A DNA stretch of 62,450 nucleotides, counting the filler. It is 5 parts of 5 records of this genome, joined end to end, with 100 filler letters (N's around TTAATTAATTAA, not from the genome) between each part and the next. Parts side by side here need not be neighbours in the genome. Positions count along the whole stretch, not along the records: positions 1 to 27,631 come from SRR31156797_13563; 4 more parts are not named here. The stretch is one strand, 5' to 3'. Every line of letters begins with the position of its first letter. Within the stretch, counting starts at the first letter, position 1. Both the position numbers and the translations under genes were made by a program. This document shows, piece after piece, positions 1 through 8,607 of this stretch. The notes beneath the pieces were generated by a model, which made no database searches, had not been told where the DNA came from, and saw nothing but the letters and a program-made list of their open reading frames with translations.

Positions 1-179
1 AACTTCATAATTTTATCTTTAGTTAAATTATAGTTTCAAATATAATTATATGGCAATAAATAACCTATTTAAAAAAACTATACTGTTGAATGGTTTTAAT
101 AGATTGATAGTACTTTCATCTAGCTTTTAAGCTAAAAACAGCTCCATGGCGTAAAAACTATATTTTTTATAGGTATTCT

Positions 180-205
180 TGTCACAAAAATTTAATTTCT
201 CCGAC
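180..205 (+). promoter_or_regulatory. Candidate ECF-type autoregulatory promoter TGTCAC-N16-CGAC
   Basis: TGTCAC 180-185 and CGAC 202-205, 23 nt before the ECF sigma start; resembles SigX-like TGTAAC-N16-CGWC. Confidence 0.45.
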
Positions 206-228
206 ATATAGATAAAAGCACCCATATA

Positions 229-717
229 TTGAAAGATTTTAACCACATATATCAGCAGTTTTACCCAATGGCTTTTAGAGTTGCTAAAAGAACCATTGGC
301 GATAGCGAAGTGGCTAAGGATCTGGTTCAGGAAGTTTTTATTTATTTATTCGAAAAGATTCAGCAAAATAAAAAGGTTCATCATTTTTCGAGTTGGGTTT
401 ATCAGGCCACTTATCATAAATGCATTGATTATATCAGATCTCAAAGTAAATATGAAGACCTGGATAAAGCCCAACACCTAACAAACGAAGAATCAAAAGC
501 AAACAGTGCCAACACTAAAAAATGGATTGATACAGCTTTAAATCAACTCAAACCCGAAGAACGCTTTTTAGTCATTTTATACAGTGAAGGTTTATCCTAT
601 AAAGAAATGGCAGAAATTACCGGCATAAAATTCACCTCTATTGGTAAAACTTTATCCCGTGTATTAAAAAAATTGGAGAAAACATTAAAACCAAAGCATT
701 ATGAATTGTTTGGATGA
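229..717 (+). CDS. ECF RNA polymerase sigma-70 factor
   Basis: Region 2 AKDLVQEVF/FSSWVY and region 4 EGLSYKEMAEITG; TTG start. Confidence 0.92.
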   Translation: MKDFNHIYQQFYPMAFRVAKRTIGDSEVAKDLVQEVFIYLFEKIQQNKKVHHFSSWVYQATYHKCIDYIRSQSKYEDLDKAQHLTNEESKANSANTKKWIDTALNQLKPEERFLVILYSEGLSYKEMAEITGIKFTSIGKTLSRVLKKLEKTLKPKHYELFG

Positions 718-1147
718 TTTAAGTATACAGCTATATATAGATGGAGAATTGGCTCAGGAGCAAATTGATCAGATTAATAAACATCTGGAGCAATGTGCTG
801 ATTGCCAAACAAGGCTTGATCATCAAAAAAATAGGAAATCCATCATTACAAACAAAATTAGGCTAGCAGATCAGGAATCTATTATTGTACCTGAATTGCC
901 ATTTCCTAACCAGAAAAAGCATCGACTCAAACCGCTAGTAAAATATATAGCTATTAGCGCTTCACTTGTGGCTTCTTGGTTACTATTTATGTGGTTTCCT
1001 TTATCTCAAAAAGAAAAAGGTGTTAACGACATGCTGTATTATACCATGGAATTTGAAACGGATGCTAATCAGCCTATTTCAAGCATGCCCATGGTGATGC
1101 ACGAAATTGATGCCGATGGACATATTAATGAGTTTTACTTTGAATAA
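701..1147 (+). CDS. ZAS-type anti-sigma factor (zf-HC2) with one TM helix
   Basis: YIDGEL and HLEQCADC (HxxxCxxC); overlaps the sigma gene. Confidence 0.88.
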   Translation: MNCLDDLSIQLYIDGELAQEQIDQINKHLEQCADCQTRLDHQKNRKSIITNKIRLADQESIIVPELPFPNQKKHRLKPLVKYIAISASLVASWLLFMWFPLSQKEKGVNDMLYYTMEFETDANQPISSMPMVMHEIDADGHINEFYFE

Positions 1148-1207
1148 TCAACCGCTTGTTTCTTAAGAAAGGCGCCTCAAGAACACAAGCAAAAAAATAA
1201 TCATACC

Positions 1208-2500
1208 ATGAAAACTAAAATATTACTTTTTACTATACTAATGGCCTTTACCTATTCCGTACAGGCGCAAAGTTTATTGGATCTATACAAATCGGGAAGT
1301 GTAAAGTTAATTCCTGACGAAGAATATGGCAATCAGAATAACTGGAATAAAGTATTTGAGACTTATCTCGATACTTTGTATGGCAAACCCATGGGCGATC
1401 GAAAATCAATCAAGCTCATGCCCGATGGTTCTGTTGTGGTAAATCATGCCTATCATAACTTTTACAGTAAGTTTTCGCCCAATGGCGATTTCGAAAAAGA
1501 GCTTTACATTACTTCCTCTTCTGGCAAAGTATATAAAAAGACACAGGCTATTGAAGGCGTTATTAATGGAAATACTTTTTTTACCGGAGCTGACAATATG
1601 GGCAATATGCTTTGTTTTGACTTTGATGGCAATTACAAGAAAACCCTGAAATTGGACTATATGCTAAGGGGTATTCTTCCTTTACCCAATGGCAAGATTG
1701 CGGTTGTTGGTTGGGTGATATGGAAAACTAAATTCCGTGATTTTGTTTCTGTTGTGGACTACGAAACCAATGAGGAGAAAGTAATTTGGGAACATTTTAC
1801 AGAAAGAAACCCGGTAAACAAATCACCCAAAATGTTTAACTACAGCTATTTTTTTAAAGAAAGAGGTGGTGTTTCTATGAATACGATGCCTTTTTCAAGT
1901 GCCTTATCGATGAAAGCCAGACCGAATTTAGCTTTAATCAATAACCAACTGGCTCTTGTTAATCCAACGAATAGCGAAATACGATTCTATGATCTAAATG
2001 GGAATTACATTTCGAAATCAACGCTAAGTATGGAAGCTCATCAAATATCTGTTAAAGAACAAAAAGAGATTCAGCAAAAGGCCTTGGACAAATACAGTAA
2101 AATGAACCCTAATCGATTTTCAAACCTTAGCTATGTAGATGAAGCTGAAAGTCAAAAAGCACATCAATATTTTGTTGATGCGATAAAGAAAGATCTGGAA
2201 AACATTAAAGATCCTATTCAAAAACCGTTTTTCTCCACTTTATTGCAGGATTCTGAAGGCAATCTTTTATTGTTTGAATATCCTGAAGAAGAAGGTATGA
2301 ATGTGTTTAATGTATATGTATTTAAAAATGGCGGTGAGTTTATTTGTAAAAGTAGTTTTGTATGCGACGACTACGATTTAAGCATCAATCCCGCTAAAAT
2401 GGTTTTTCATAATGGTTATATATACGGTTTACAAAAGAAGAAAAACGTGGAAGGAATTCCTCTAAGGTTGGTTCGTTTTACTGTTAGTGCTGGTATTTAA
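1208..2500 (+). CDS. Secreted hypothetical protein, probably beta-propeller
   Basis: Signal peptide ending VQA-Q; repeated FDxxGN-like turns. Confidence 0.65.
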   Translation: MKTKILLFTILMAFTYSVQAQSLLDLYKSGSVKLIPDEEYGNQNNWNKVFETYLDTLYGKPMGDRKSIKLMPDGSVVVNHAYHNFYSKFSPNGDFEKELYITSSSGKVYKKTQAIEGVINGNTFFTGADNMGNMLCFDFDGNYKKTLKLDYMLRGILPLPNGKIAVVGWVIWKTKFRDFVSVVDYETNEEKVIWEHFTERNPVNKSPKMFNYSYFFKERGGVSMNTMPFSSALSMKARPNLALINNQLALVNPTNSEIRFYDLNGNYISKSTLSMEAHQISVKEQKEIQQKALDKYSKMNPNRFSNLSYVDEAESQKAHQYFVDAIKKDLENIKDPIQKPFFSTLLQDSEGNLLLFEYPEEEGMNVFNVYVFKNGGEFICKSSFVCDDYDLSINPAKMVFHNGYIYGLQKKKNVEGIPLRLVRFTVSAGI

Positions 2501-2531
2501 TATTTATTTTATCGTTTTATAATGCTTGATT

Positions 2532-2570
2532 ATACAGGAGAAGTTTATTTGATAACTCTCCTGTATTTTT
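2532..2570 (+). terminator. Intrinsic terminator between convergent genes
   Basis: ATACAGGAGA/TCTCCTGTAT 10-bp stem followed by T-run. Confidence 0.7.
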
Positions 2571-2585
2571 ATATTCTTCAAAAAC

Positions 2586-4916
2586 TTAATCGTTGATAAA
2601 GATTTTATCAATAGCTACGCTTCCATCAACATAAGTCCGTTTTCTAATGTAAATTCCCTTTGATAACTGGGATCTTATGTCACCAAGATACACCCCACTA
2701 ATATTATAATAGGCAGTGGATACTAACTCTGTACTTGAATTAATTGGCGAGATAAGCGCAGTACTTGGATTCCATTTAGCTAATAATGCTTCTTTTTCTT
2801 CATTTGTAATGGACATTACAGTTCCATGCTTAGGTTCAAAGTCCATTGTTACCAGACTGTCTACCACAATAAAATTGTTTAAGTCGGCAGTTTGTGTGAA
2901 CTGGTAAGAATAGGTGCAATAAGCATCATACATCATCAAATAGTTATCAGAGTTATTAAGTCGGAATATACAGGATCCTTCAACGCAGTAATCATTCTGA
3001 TCTAAAAACTCATCAATTTCTTCGTATGGTCCCGTTAAATGAGTAGAAGCTGCTTTTTTAATTCCCTTAATTCCACTATCTGACCTATAAAATAGATAAA
3101 ACAAACTGTCTTTCTCTATTATATCACCATCAATAATATTATTAGCATTAGGTGCTTCAAATAATAATTTAGGAATGGTTTGTAGTCCTGTAAAAGTACT
3201 ATTGGCATAGGCGTAATAAATCTTATGCGTACCCTCACCTTTCTGCATAGACCAATATATCATATACCTATCACAACTTGAATCATAAATACACTGTGGA
3301 GCCCATGCGGTTTGTATATCTGAAAACTCTCTTGGGAACTTAGTGGCTATATTAACTACATTCGATTGCCAATCAATTAAATTATCAGATGTCATTAGAA
3401 CAATTCCCCTGTTCGAGTCCCAACCTAAAGCTGATCGCATATCCGTTGCAACCATATAATATTTATCTCCTTCGGTACCTCTTAATATATGAGGGTCACG
3501 CACACCACCTGTTGAACTGATAACTTCTGAATCTAATACCGGATCGTCATTATTCAAGGCTTTATAATTGTACCCATCATCGCTTATTGCAAATCGAATA
3601 TATTCAGATCCTTCTTTAAAGTAAACAAACAAATATGCCGAATAAGGATCTTGTTCTGCAATATATATCGAGAATTCTTTTGTCTTAGACTCTTGCCCAA
3701 GAGTTAGTGTAGCAGTAAGCACTACTTTTTCCGAACCTAAACCAGGCTCTGCATACGAAAGTAATTCTCCATCATCGCTCAGATAACCAGGTGAATCTGA
3801 ATACCAAGAAATAACAGAACCATTAATACCAATTACAGGAAGCTCAATACTCGAATGCAATACTTTTTTATTCAAATTTAACCTGTCAGCATCTAATTGC
3901 AATATTTCGTTTGCTGTAAGATTTGGCATAATAACTATATCAAACTGCCCTGAAGCGGCAAAATCACCATCAACAATACTTGCTGTTAATGTTACATTCT
4001 TTTCTGCTTCCCCAGCCTGAGGTCTGTTTACTATTCCATCAGAAGAAATAGTTAAAGTATCGGACGAACTCCACAATACTTGAAATGTTCCTATTTTAGA
4101 AGGCAATTTAAATTCAGAATCAACCAGGCGATTATCTGCCAGGTTAATGCTATCTAGTGTTTCTTTGAGCAAAGTACTAACTAAATAATTATTATATTTT
4201 GGCAAGGAAGATGACAATTTCTCGATAGTCGAATCAGGTAAAGCTACATTATACAACCTAAAATCATCAATAGATGTCTTTGTCAAACATACTGCGGTTG
4301 GATATGAGGAACCTCCAATCATACTATAATTAATTGTACTAAAATCTTTAGGCGCTATTGTTACTGAAGTTGACGATCCAACCTCTACTCCATCTATATA
4401 TACTTTCGCAGTGGAGCTTTCTCTATTATATGTAATAGCTAAGTGAAACCAAACTCCTTTTTTAATTTGTTTACAACTAGATACTCTATTAGCTTCCCCA
4501 AATATACTTCCAATAAATAGATAAGAATAACGTGAACTATAATACATATAATCTGCTCCATTTCCAAACTCAAAGATAGTACCTTCTTCTGCAGCCTCTG
4601 ATATATATATGTATGTGGATATTGTATAATCCTCTAGCTTACTAAAAACACTAGTAGCAAAAACAGAGTTTATTTCAAGATATCCATAATCATCTCCTAA
4701 CTTTAGGACTCCTCCGATATTGCCATCACCAGTGGCAATAGTTGCTCCCCTTTTTAGGGTTCCCATAAAGTTGTTTCCACTAACATCCGAAATTAAGGTA
4801 CCTGCCACAAGCTCATTGTCGAATGAGTAGTGAACTTTTAACGTGGTATCAACCTGTGCAGTTAATTGATTAAATAGAATGAAGTAAGATACGATAAGGT
4901 AAAGAATATTTTTCAT
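2586..4916 (-). CDS. Secreted LamG + Ig-like + GH43 glycoside hydrolase
   Basis: LamG motifs WFHLAITY/IDDFRLYN; Ig repeats (WSSSD, VTLTA); GH43 motifs GVRDPHI, AWAPQ, IIDGDI, VEGS. Confidence 0.85.
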   Translation of the reverse strand: MKNILYLIVSYFILFNQLTAQVDTTLKVHYSFDNELVAGTLISDVSGNNFMGTLKRGATIATGDGNIGGVLKLGDDYGYLEINSVFATSVFSKLEDYTISTYIYISEAAEEGTIFEFGNGADYMYYSSRYSYLFIGSIFGEANRVSSCKQIKKGVWFHLAITYNRESSTAKVYIDGVEVGSSTSVTIAPKDFSTINYSMIGGSSYPTAVCLTKTSIDDFRLYNVALPDSTIEKLSSSLPKYNNYLVSTLLKETLDSINLADNRLVDSEFKLPSKIGTFQVLWSSSDTLTISSDGIVNRPQAGEAEKNVTLTASIVDGDFAASGQFDIVIMPNLTANEILQLDADRLNLNKKVLHSSIELPVIGINGSVISWYSDSPGYLSDDGELLSYAEPGLGSEKVVLTATLTLGQESKTKEFSIYIAEQDPYSAYLFVYFKEGSEYIRFAISDDGYNYKALNNDDPVLDSEVISSTGGVRDPHILRGTEGDKYYMVATDMRSALGWDSNRGIVLMTSDNLIDWQSNVVNIATKFPREFSDIQTAWAPQCIYDSSCDRYMIYWSMQKGEGTHKIYYAYANSTFTGLQTIPKLLFEAPNANNIIDGDIIEKDSLFYLFYRSDSGIKGIKKAASTHLTGPYEEIDEFLDQNDYCVEGSCIFRLNNSDNYLMMYDAYCTYSYQFTQTADLNNFIVVDSLVTMDFEPKHGTVMSITNEEKEALLAKWNPSTALISPINSSTELVSTAYYNISGVYLGDIRSQLSKGIYIRKRTYVDGSVAIDKIFIND

Positions 4917-5151
4917 AGCAGATTAGAGTGTATTGAAGTAATAAGATTTTACAAAGACACATCTAAAATAACTAAATAATTCATTATTATATCATAATAC
5001 CAAAACAATCACTCATTCTTTATGTAATGTATACCTATTAAACAAACTCTTTTAAACACAAAACAACCAACAAATAACAATCCTTAACCTCAAAATAAAC
5101 ACGACTTATAACAAACAATATGCAATATTATAGCGTGTTAAAATAGGGCCA

Positions 5152-6192
5152 TTACAACCAATAATTAAAAATAAATCCTACTATAATAATACCCGTTGCC
5201 ACGATACCAACAAAGGCAGCAATCAATTGCCATTTGAGGACTTTTTTAAGAATAATAATTTCTGGAAGCGATAAAGCAATTACCGACATCATAAATGCCA
5301 ATGCGGTTCCTAAGGACACGCCTTTTTCGATCAACACACTTACTATCGGAATTACGCCGGCAGCGTTAGAATACATAGGAACACCAATCAATATAGCTAA
5401 AGGAACACCATACCAATTATCTTTACCTAACAAATTACCCATAAAATCCTCGGGAACATAACCATGAGCGGCAGCACCAACAGCAATACCCAATATAATG
5501 AACAACCATATTTTACCCATCGTTTCCTGAACAATTCCAAAGGCAGATTTAATTCTATCATTGAAAGTAGGTTTCACTTCCTCCTCTTCCTCGCGGTTTG
5601 ATTTCATTTGAAAAACCCATTCCTCCACGTATTTTTCCAACTTTAATTTACCAATCATCCAACCAGAAAAAATAGCAATTAACAAGCCTGTACCCACGTA
5701 GATAAGCGCTGTTTTCCAACCGAATAAACCAACCAGTAAAACCAGTGCCACTTCGTTAACCATTGGCGCAGCAATTAAAAACGAGAAAGTAACCCCAATA
5801 GGTATTCCGGCCTCTACAAAACCTAAAAACAAAGGTATGGCCGAGCAGGAACAAAACGGGGTGACTACGCCTAAAGATGCCGCCATAATATTACCCACAA
5901 ACAAAGGTTTGCCTTCTAATGCTTTTCGTGTTTTCTCGGGAGAAAAAAAGCTACGGATGATGCCAACTAAAAAGATAACTGCTACCAAAAGCAGCATCAC
6001 TTTAGGCACTTCATAAATAAAAAAACGAATGGTTTCGGTTAGGTGAGTTCCGGCATTTAAACCGAACACTGTTTCTGTTATAAAATCAGAAATTGCTGTC
6101 AGGTATATATAACCTAATAACCAAAGTGGTAACAAAATTAAAGGCCAGATCCAGGCTTGTTGCTTATATTTTAATGCTAACGCTTTCATCAT
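5152..6192 (-). CDS. arsP: ArsP/DUF318-family permease
   Basis: TPFCSCSAIP motif, multiple TM helices, ars context. Confidence 0.8.
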   Translation of the reverse strand: MMKALALKYKQQAWIWPLILLPLWLLGYIYLTAISDFITETVFGLNAGTHLTETIRFFIYEVPKVMLLLVAVIFLVGIIRSFFSPEKTRKALEGKPLFVGNIMAASLGVVTPFCSCSAIPLFLGFVEAGIPIGVTFSFLIAAPMVNEVALVLLVGLFGWKTALIYVGTGLLIAIFSGWMIGKLKLEKYVEEWVFQMKSNREEEEEVKPTFNDRIKSAFGIVQETMGKIWLFIILGIAVGAAAHGYVPEDFMGNLLGKDNWYGVPLAILIGVPMYSNAAGVIPIVSVLIEKGVSLGTALAFMMSVIALSLPEIIILKKVLKWQLIAAFVGIVATGIIIVGFIFNYWL

Positions 6193-6228
6193 ATCTACAC
6201 AATTACAATTTTGAAGAATTCATTGCAC

Positions 6229-6927
6229 TTACAAAAAGTACATGACACAATAATAGATACCAACACCTATAAATAAAACAGCTATAATTCTACGAAACCA
6301 ATATTCAAAATTTTTCAGTCGCTGATAAAAAGTACCTATGGAACTTAAACTAAAAGCAATGATCCAGGCAGCAATTATAACAGGTATACCTGTAGCCAGT
6401 GCAAAAACAGCTGGAAGGTATAAGCCACTTGCACTACTAATGGTAATAGGAATTAGCATCCCAAAAAACAAAACGCCGCTATAGGGACAAAATGCTAACG
6501 CAAATACAATTCCGATAAGCAATACATCTCTGATACTACCACCGGCTTTTTCTTCCATTTTTTTATTTAATCCGGAAAAACCCGGTATTGGCATATAGAT
6601 CAGATCCAGCATAAATAATCCGAGAACTATTAATGCCGGACCTAATATTTTTTCGCCCCATTCCTGAAAAAAGGATGATAACTGAACATGAGAAGCTCCC
6701 AAATAAAATAACAATCCCAATAATACATAAGCTATTCCTCTACCACCAGTATATACAAGGCCATTGATAAATACCTTTCGTTTATTGGTTATATCTTTAC
6801 CTATATAACCAATGGCTGTAATGTTAGTAGCCATTGGGCAGGGACTAATAGCTGTCATTAATCCCAATACAAAAGCGGTAATAAAAGGTGCCTGGGTATT
6901 TTCGAGTATGTTGTTAAGAAATTCCAT
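6229..6927 (-). CDS. arsG: ArsG-family (CcdA/DsbD_2-like) membrane protein
   Basis: ISPCPMATNI and LAFCPYSG motifs, about 6 TM helices. Confidence 0.72.
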   Translation of the reverse strand: MEFLNNILENTQAPFITAFVLGLMTAISPCPMATNITAIGYIGKDITNKRKVFINGLVYTGGRGIAYVLLGLLFYLGASHVQLSSFFQEWGEKILGPALIVLGLFMLDLIYMPIPGFSGLNKKMEEKAGGSIRDVLLIGIVFALAFCPYSGVLFFGMLIPITISSASGLYLPAVFALATGIPVIIAAWIIAFSLSSIGTFYQRLKNFEYWFRRIIAVLFIGVGIYYCVMYFL

Positions 6928-6936
6928 GGTACAAGT

Positions 6937-7443
6937 TTATTTCTTAATCAATTCCTCAACTGTTTCTACTATCTTTTGCTTTAGCTTTTCCGGATTAGAA
7001 CGAGCATTTAAAAAAGCCACATTGGTTAAATCGATTAACTCCTCTCCTTTTTTAATCAATAGGGTTTGTCCACTGATTTTAAATTGTTCGATTAGAGGAT
7101 TGTCTTTTTCTTCTTCTCTGTTTATAGAAGCAAAACCAACTACTTCCGGATACTTTTCTGTTAAAGTTTCCTGAGTGACTTTTTCTACAGCTTCACAGGT
7201 AGCACATCGTCTGGTTCCATGAAAGTAATAGGCCTGCACTTCCTTTTCTTGTACTTTGGCTAAAGTGTTTTCTGCTTTTTGCTCAGATGAACAGCACACT
7301 GTCTCAGTGCAGCCATCACAACTTTCTGTTGCTGTTTTTGCTTCTGCTGTTGATTTTTCCTTTGTTTGGTTGGCACAGCTAAACAGGGTAATTCCTGCCA
7401 ATAATGCTATACTTTGTAAACTTAATTTCATTAATTTTCTCAT
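6937..7443 (-). CDS. arsF: ArsF-family thioredoxin-fold lipoprotein
   Basis: Lipobox LFSC; YYFHGTRRCATC motif; adjacent to arsG-like gene. Confidence 0.68.
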   Translation of the reverse strand: MRKLMKLSLQSIALLAGITLFSCANQTKEKSTAEAKTATESCDGCTETVCCSSEQKAENTLAKVQEKEVQAYYFHGTRRCATCEAVEKVTQETLTEKYPEVVGFASINREEEKDNPLIEQFKISGQTLLIKKGEELIDLTNVAFLNARSNPEKLKQKIVETVEELIKK

Positions 7444-7448
7444 AATTA

Positions 7449-7682
7449 TTATTGTTGAAGTAGTTTTTTAATTTCATCTAATTTTAACAAAGAACCCTTA
7501 TGAACCACTTTACCATCCACTACAAGAGCTGGTGTAGTCATTACGCCGAATTCCATAATTCTAAACATATCTTCTACTTTGGTTACCGTAGCATCTAATC
7601 CTAATTCAGCCACCGCTTCTTTAGTCAGACTTTCTAATTTTTTACATTTAGCACATCCTGTGCCCAGTACTTTTATTTCCAT
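7449..7682 (-). CDS. Small redox-active disulfide protein 2 (thioredoxin-like)
   Basis: MEIKVLGTGCAKC and GVMTTPALVVDG motifs. Confidence 0.9.
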   Translation of the reverse strand: MEIKVLGTGCAKCKKLESLTKEAVAELGLDATVTKVEDMFRIMEFGVMTTPALVVDGKVVHKGSLLKLDEIKKLLQQ

Positions 7683-7754
7683 ATTATTTAGTTTAAACTT
7701 TATATTGATTTATCAATAAACAAACTATTATTCTGTCTTCAAGCCAGACAGGCT

Positions 7755-7923
7755 TTTACTTTTCTTCTACAGCAAAGAAAAGTAAACAAAAGATGCCGCC
7801 GCTGCTGACAAAATAGCTAAAAATCAATTCTTTTCACTAAAAACAAAGAACTCGCTACACTCAAACAGCTTTGATTTTTACGCTTCATTCTTTGATTTTT
7901 CATAGGCATTTTATCAGAGGCGG
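7755..7923. repeat. Structured intergenic element (short hairpin plus long interrupted hairpin); related copy at 40845-41018
   Basis: TTTACTTTTCTT/AAGAAAAGTAAA 12-bp stem; nested CCGCC/GGCGG, CTGACAAAAT/ATTTTATCAG, AAAAATCAA/TTGATTTTT; loop AACTCG...CTCAAACA. Confidence 0.7.
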
Positions 7924-8002
7924 AGATGCAAAATGTCTCCTTAACCAATATTATTTACTCTTCAAAAATTAATAACTTCTATTCTTATTAAAAGCTTCAT
8001 TA

Positions 8003-8020
8003 TTCGTAATAATACGAACA
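8003..8020. promoter_or_regulatory. Second ArsR-type operator TTCGT-N6-ACGAA
   Basis: Same palindrome as the operator at 8333-8352; lies between arsR and the trx gene. Confidence 0.65.
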
Positions 8021-8036
8021 TCCTTTCTAAATTTTT

Positions 8037-8333
8037 TTAATCATTAAATAATTTACCAAACAAGCCTTTAGCTTCTTTCCAGTTTTCTTTATTGATGCAA
8101 TATTTTACTCTTGGGGTTTCTATTTCACCCTGTATCAACCCTGCCTCCTTTAATTCCTTTAAATGTTGAGACAATGTTGACTTGGCGATGGGAAGCTCCT
8201 CACTTAAATCTCCGCTATAACAACAGGCCTGTTTCGACAGCAGCTCCAATACATATACACGAATTGGATGTCCAATCGCTTTTGCATACCGGGCTATTTT
8301 TTGTTGTCTTTCCGCTTCCTGTTCTAATTTCAT
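8037..8333 (-). CDS. arsR: ArsR/SmtB family repressor
   Basis: KAIGHPIR, CCYSGDL, STLSQHLKELKEAGLI; start set at the ATG of MKLEQ, just downstream of the promoter. Confidence 0.92.
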   Translation of the reverse strand: MKLEQEAERQQKIARYAKAIGHPIRVYVLELLSKQACCYSGDLSEELPIAKSTLSQHLKELKEAGLIQGEIETPRVKYCINKENWKEAKGLFGKLFND

Positions 8334-8358
8334 GTTCGTTAATTTACGAACAAAGGTA
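8333..8358 (-). promoter_or_regulatory. arsR promoter (-7 TACCTTTG) overlapped by operator TGTTCGT-N6-ACGAACA
   Basis: Bacteroidota TAnnTTTG element at 8358-8351; perfect 7-bp inverted repeat at 8333-8352. Confidence 0.75.
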
Positions 8359-8517
8359 TGGATAGTTTTTAAAACTCCAATAGCCAATGTAAAAAATTCT
8401 GGCTATTATTGGATTCTAAACTAAAACCAGAAGCGCAGTAAGCGCCTTAAATAAATTAATTAAAGAGATAAATAATTGATTTCTCGAGTTTAAAAAACGA
8501 ACAAATAATAAATTCGC

Positions 8518-8560
8518 AAAAAAATAAAGCCTGTTTATTCGTAATGAACAAACAGGCTTT
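8518..8560 (-). terminator. Intrinsic terminator of the GH127/146 gene
   Basis: AAAGCCTGTTT/AAACAGGCTTT stem with T-tract on the minus strand. Confidence 0.8.
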
Positions 8561-8607
8561 ACATCGGATAAGACGATTAAATCGTGCTATATAATTGAAA
8601 TTAGGAT

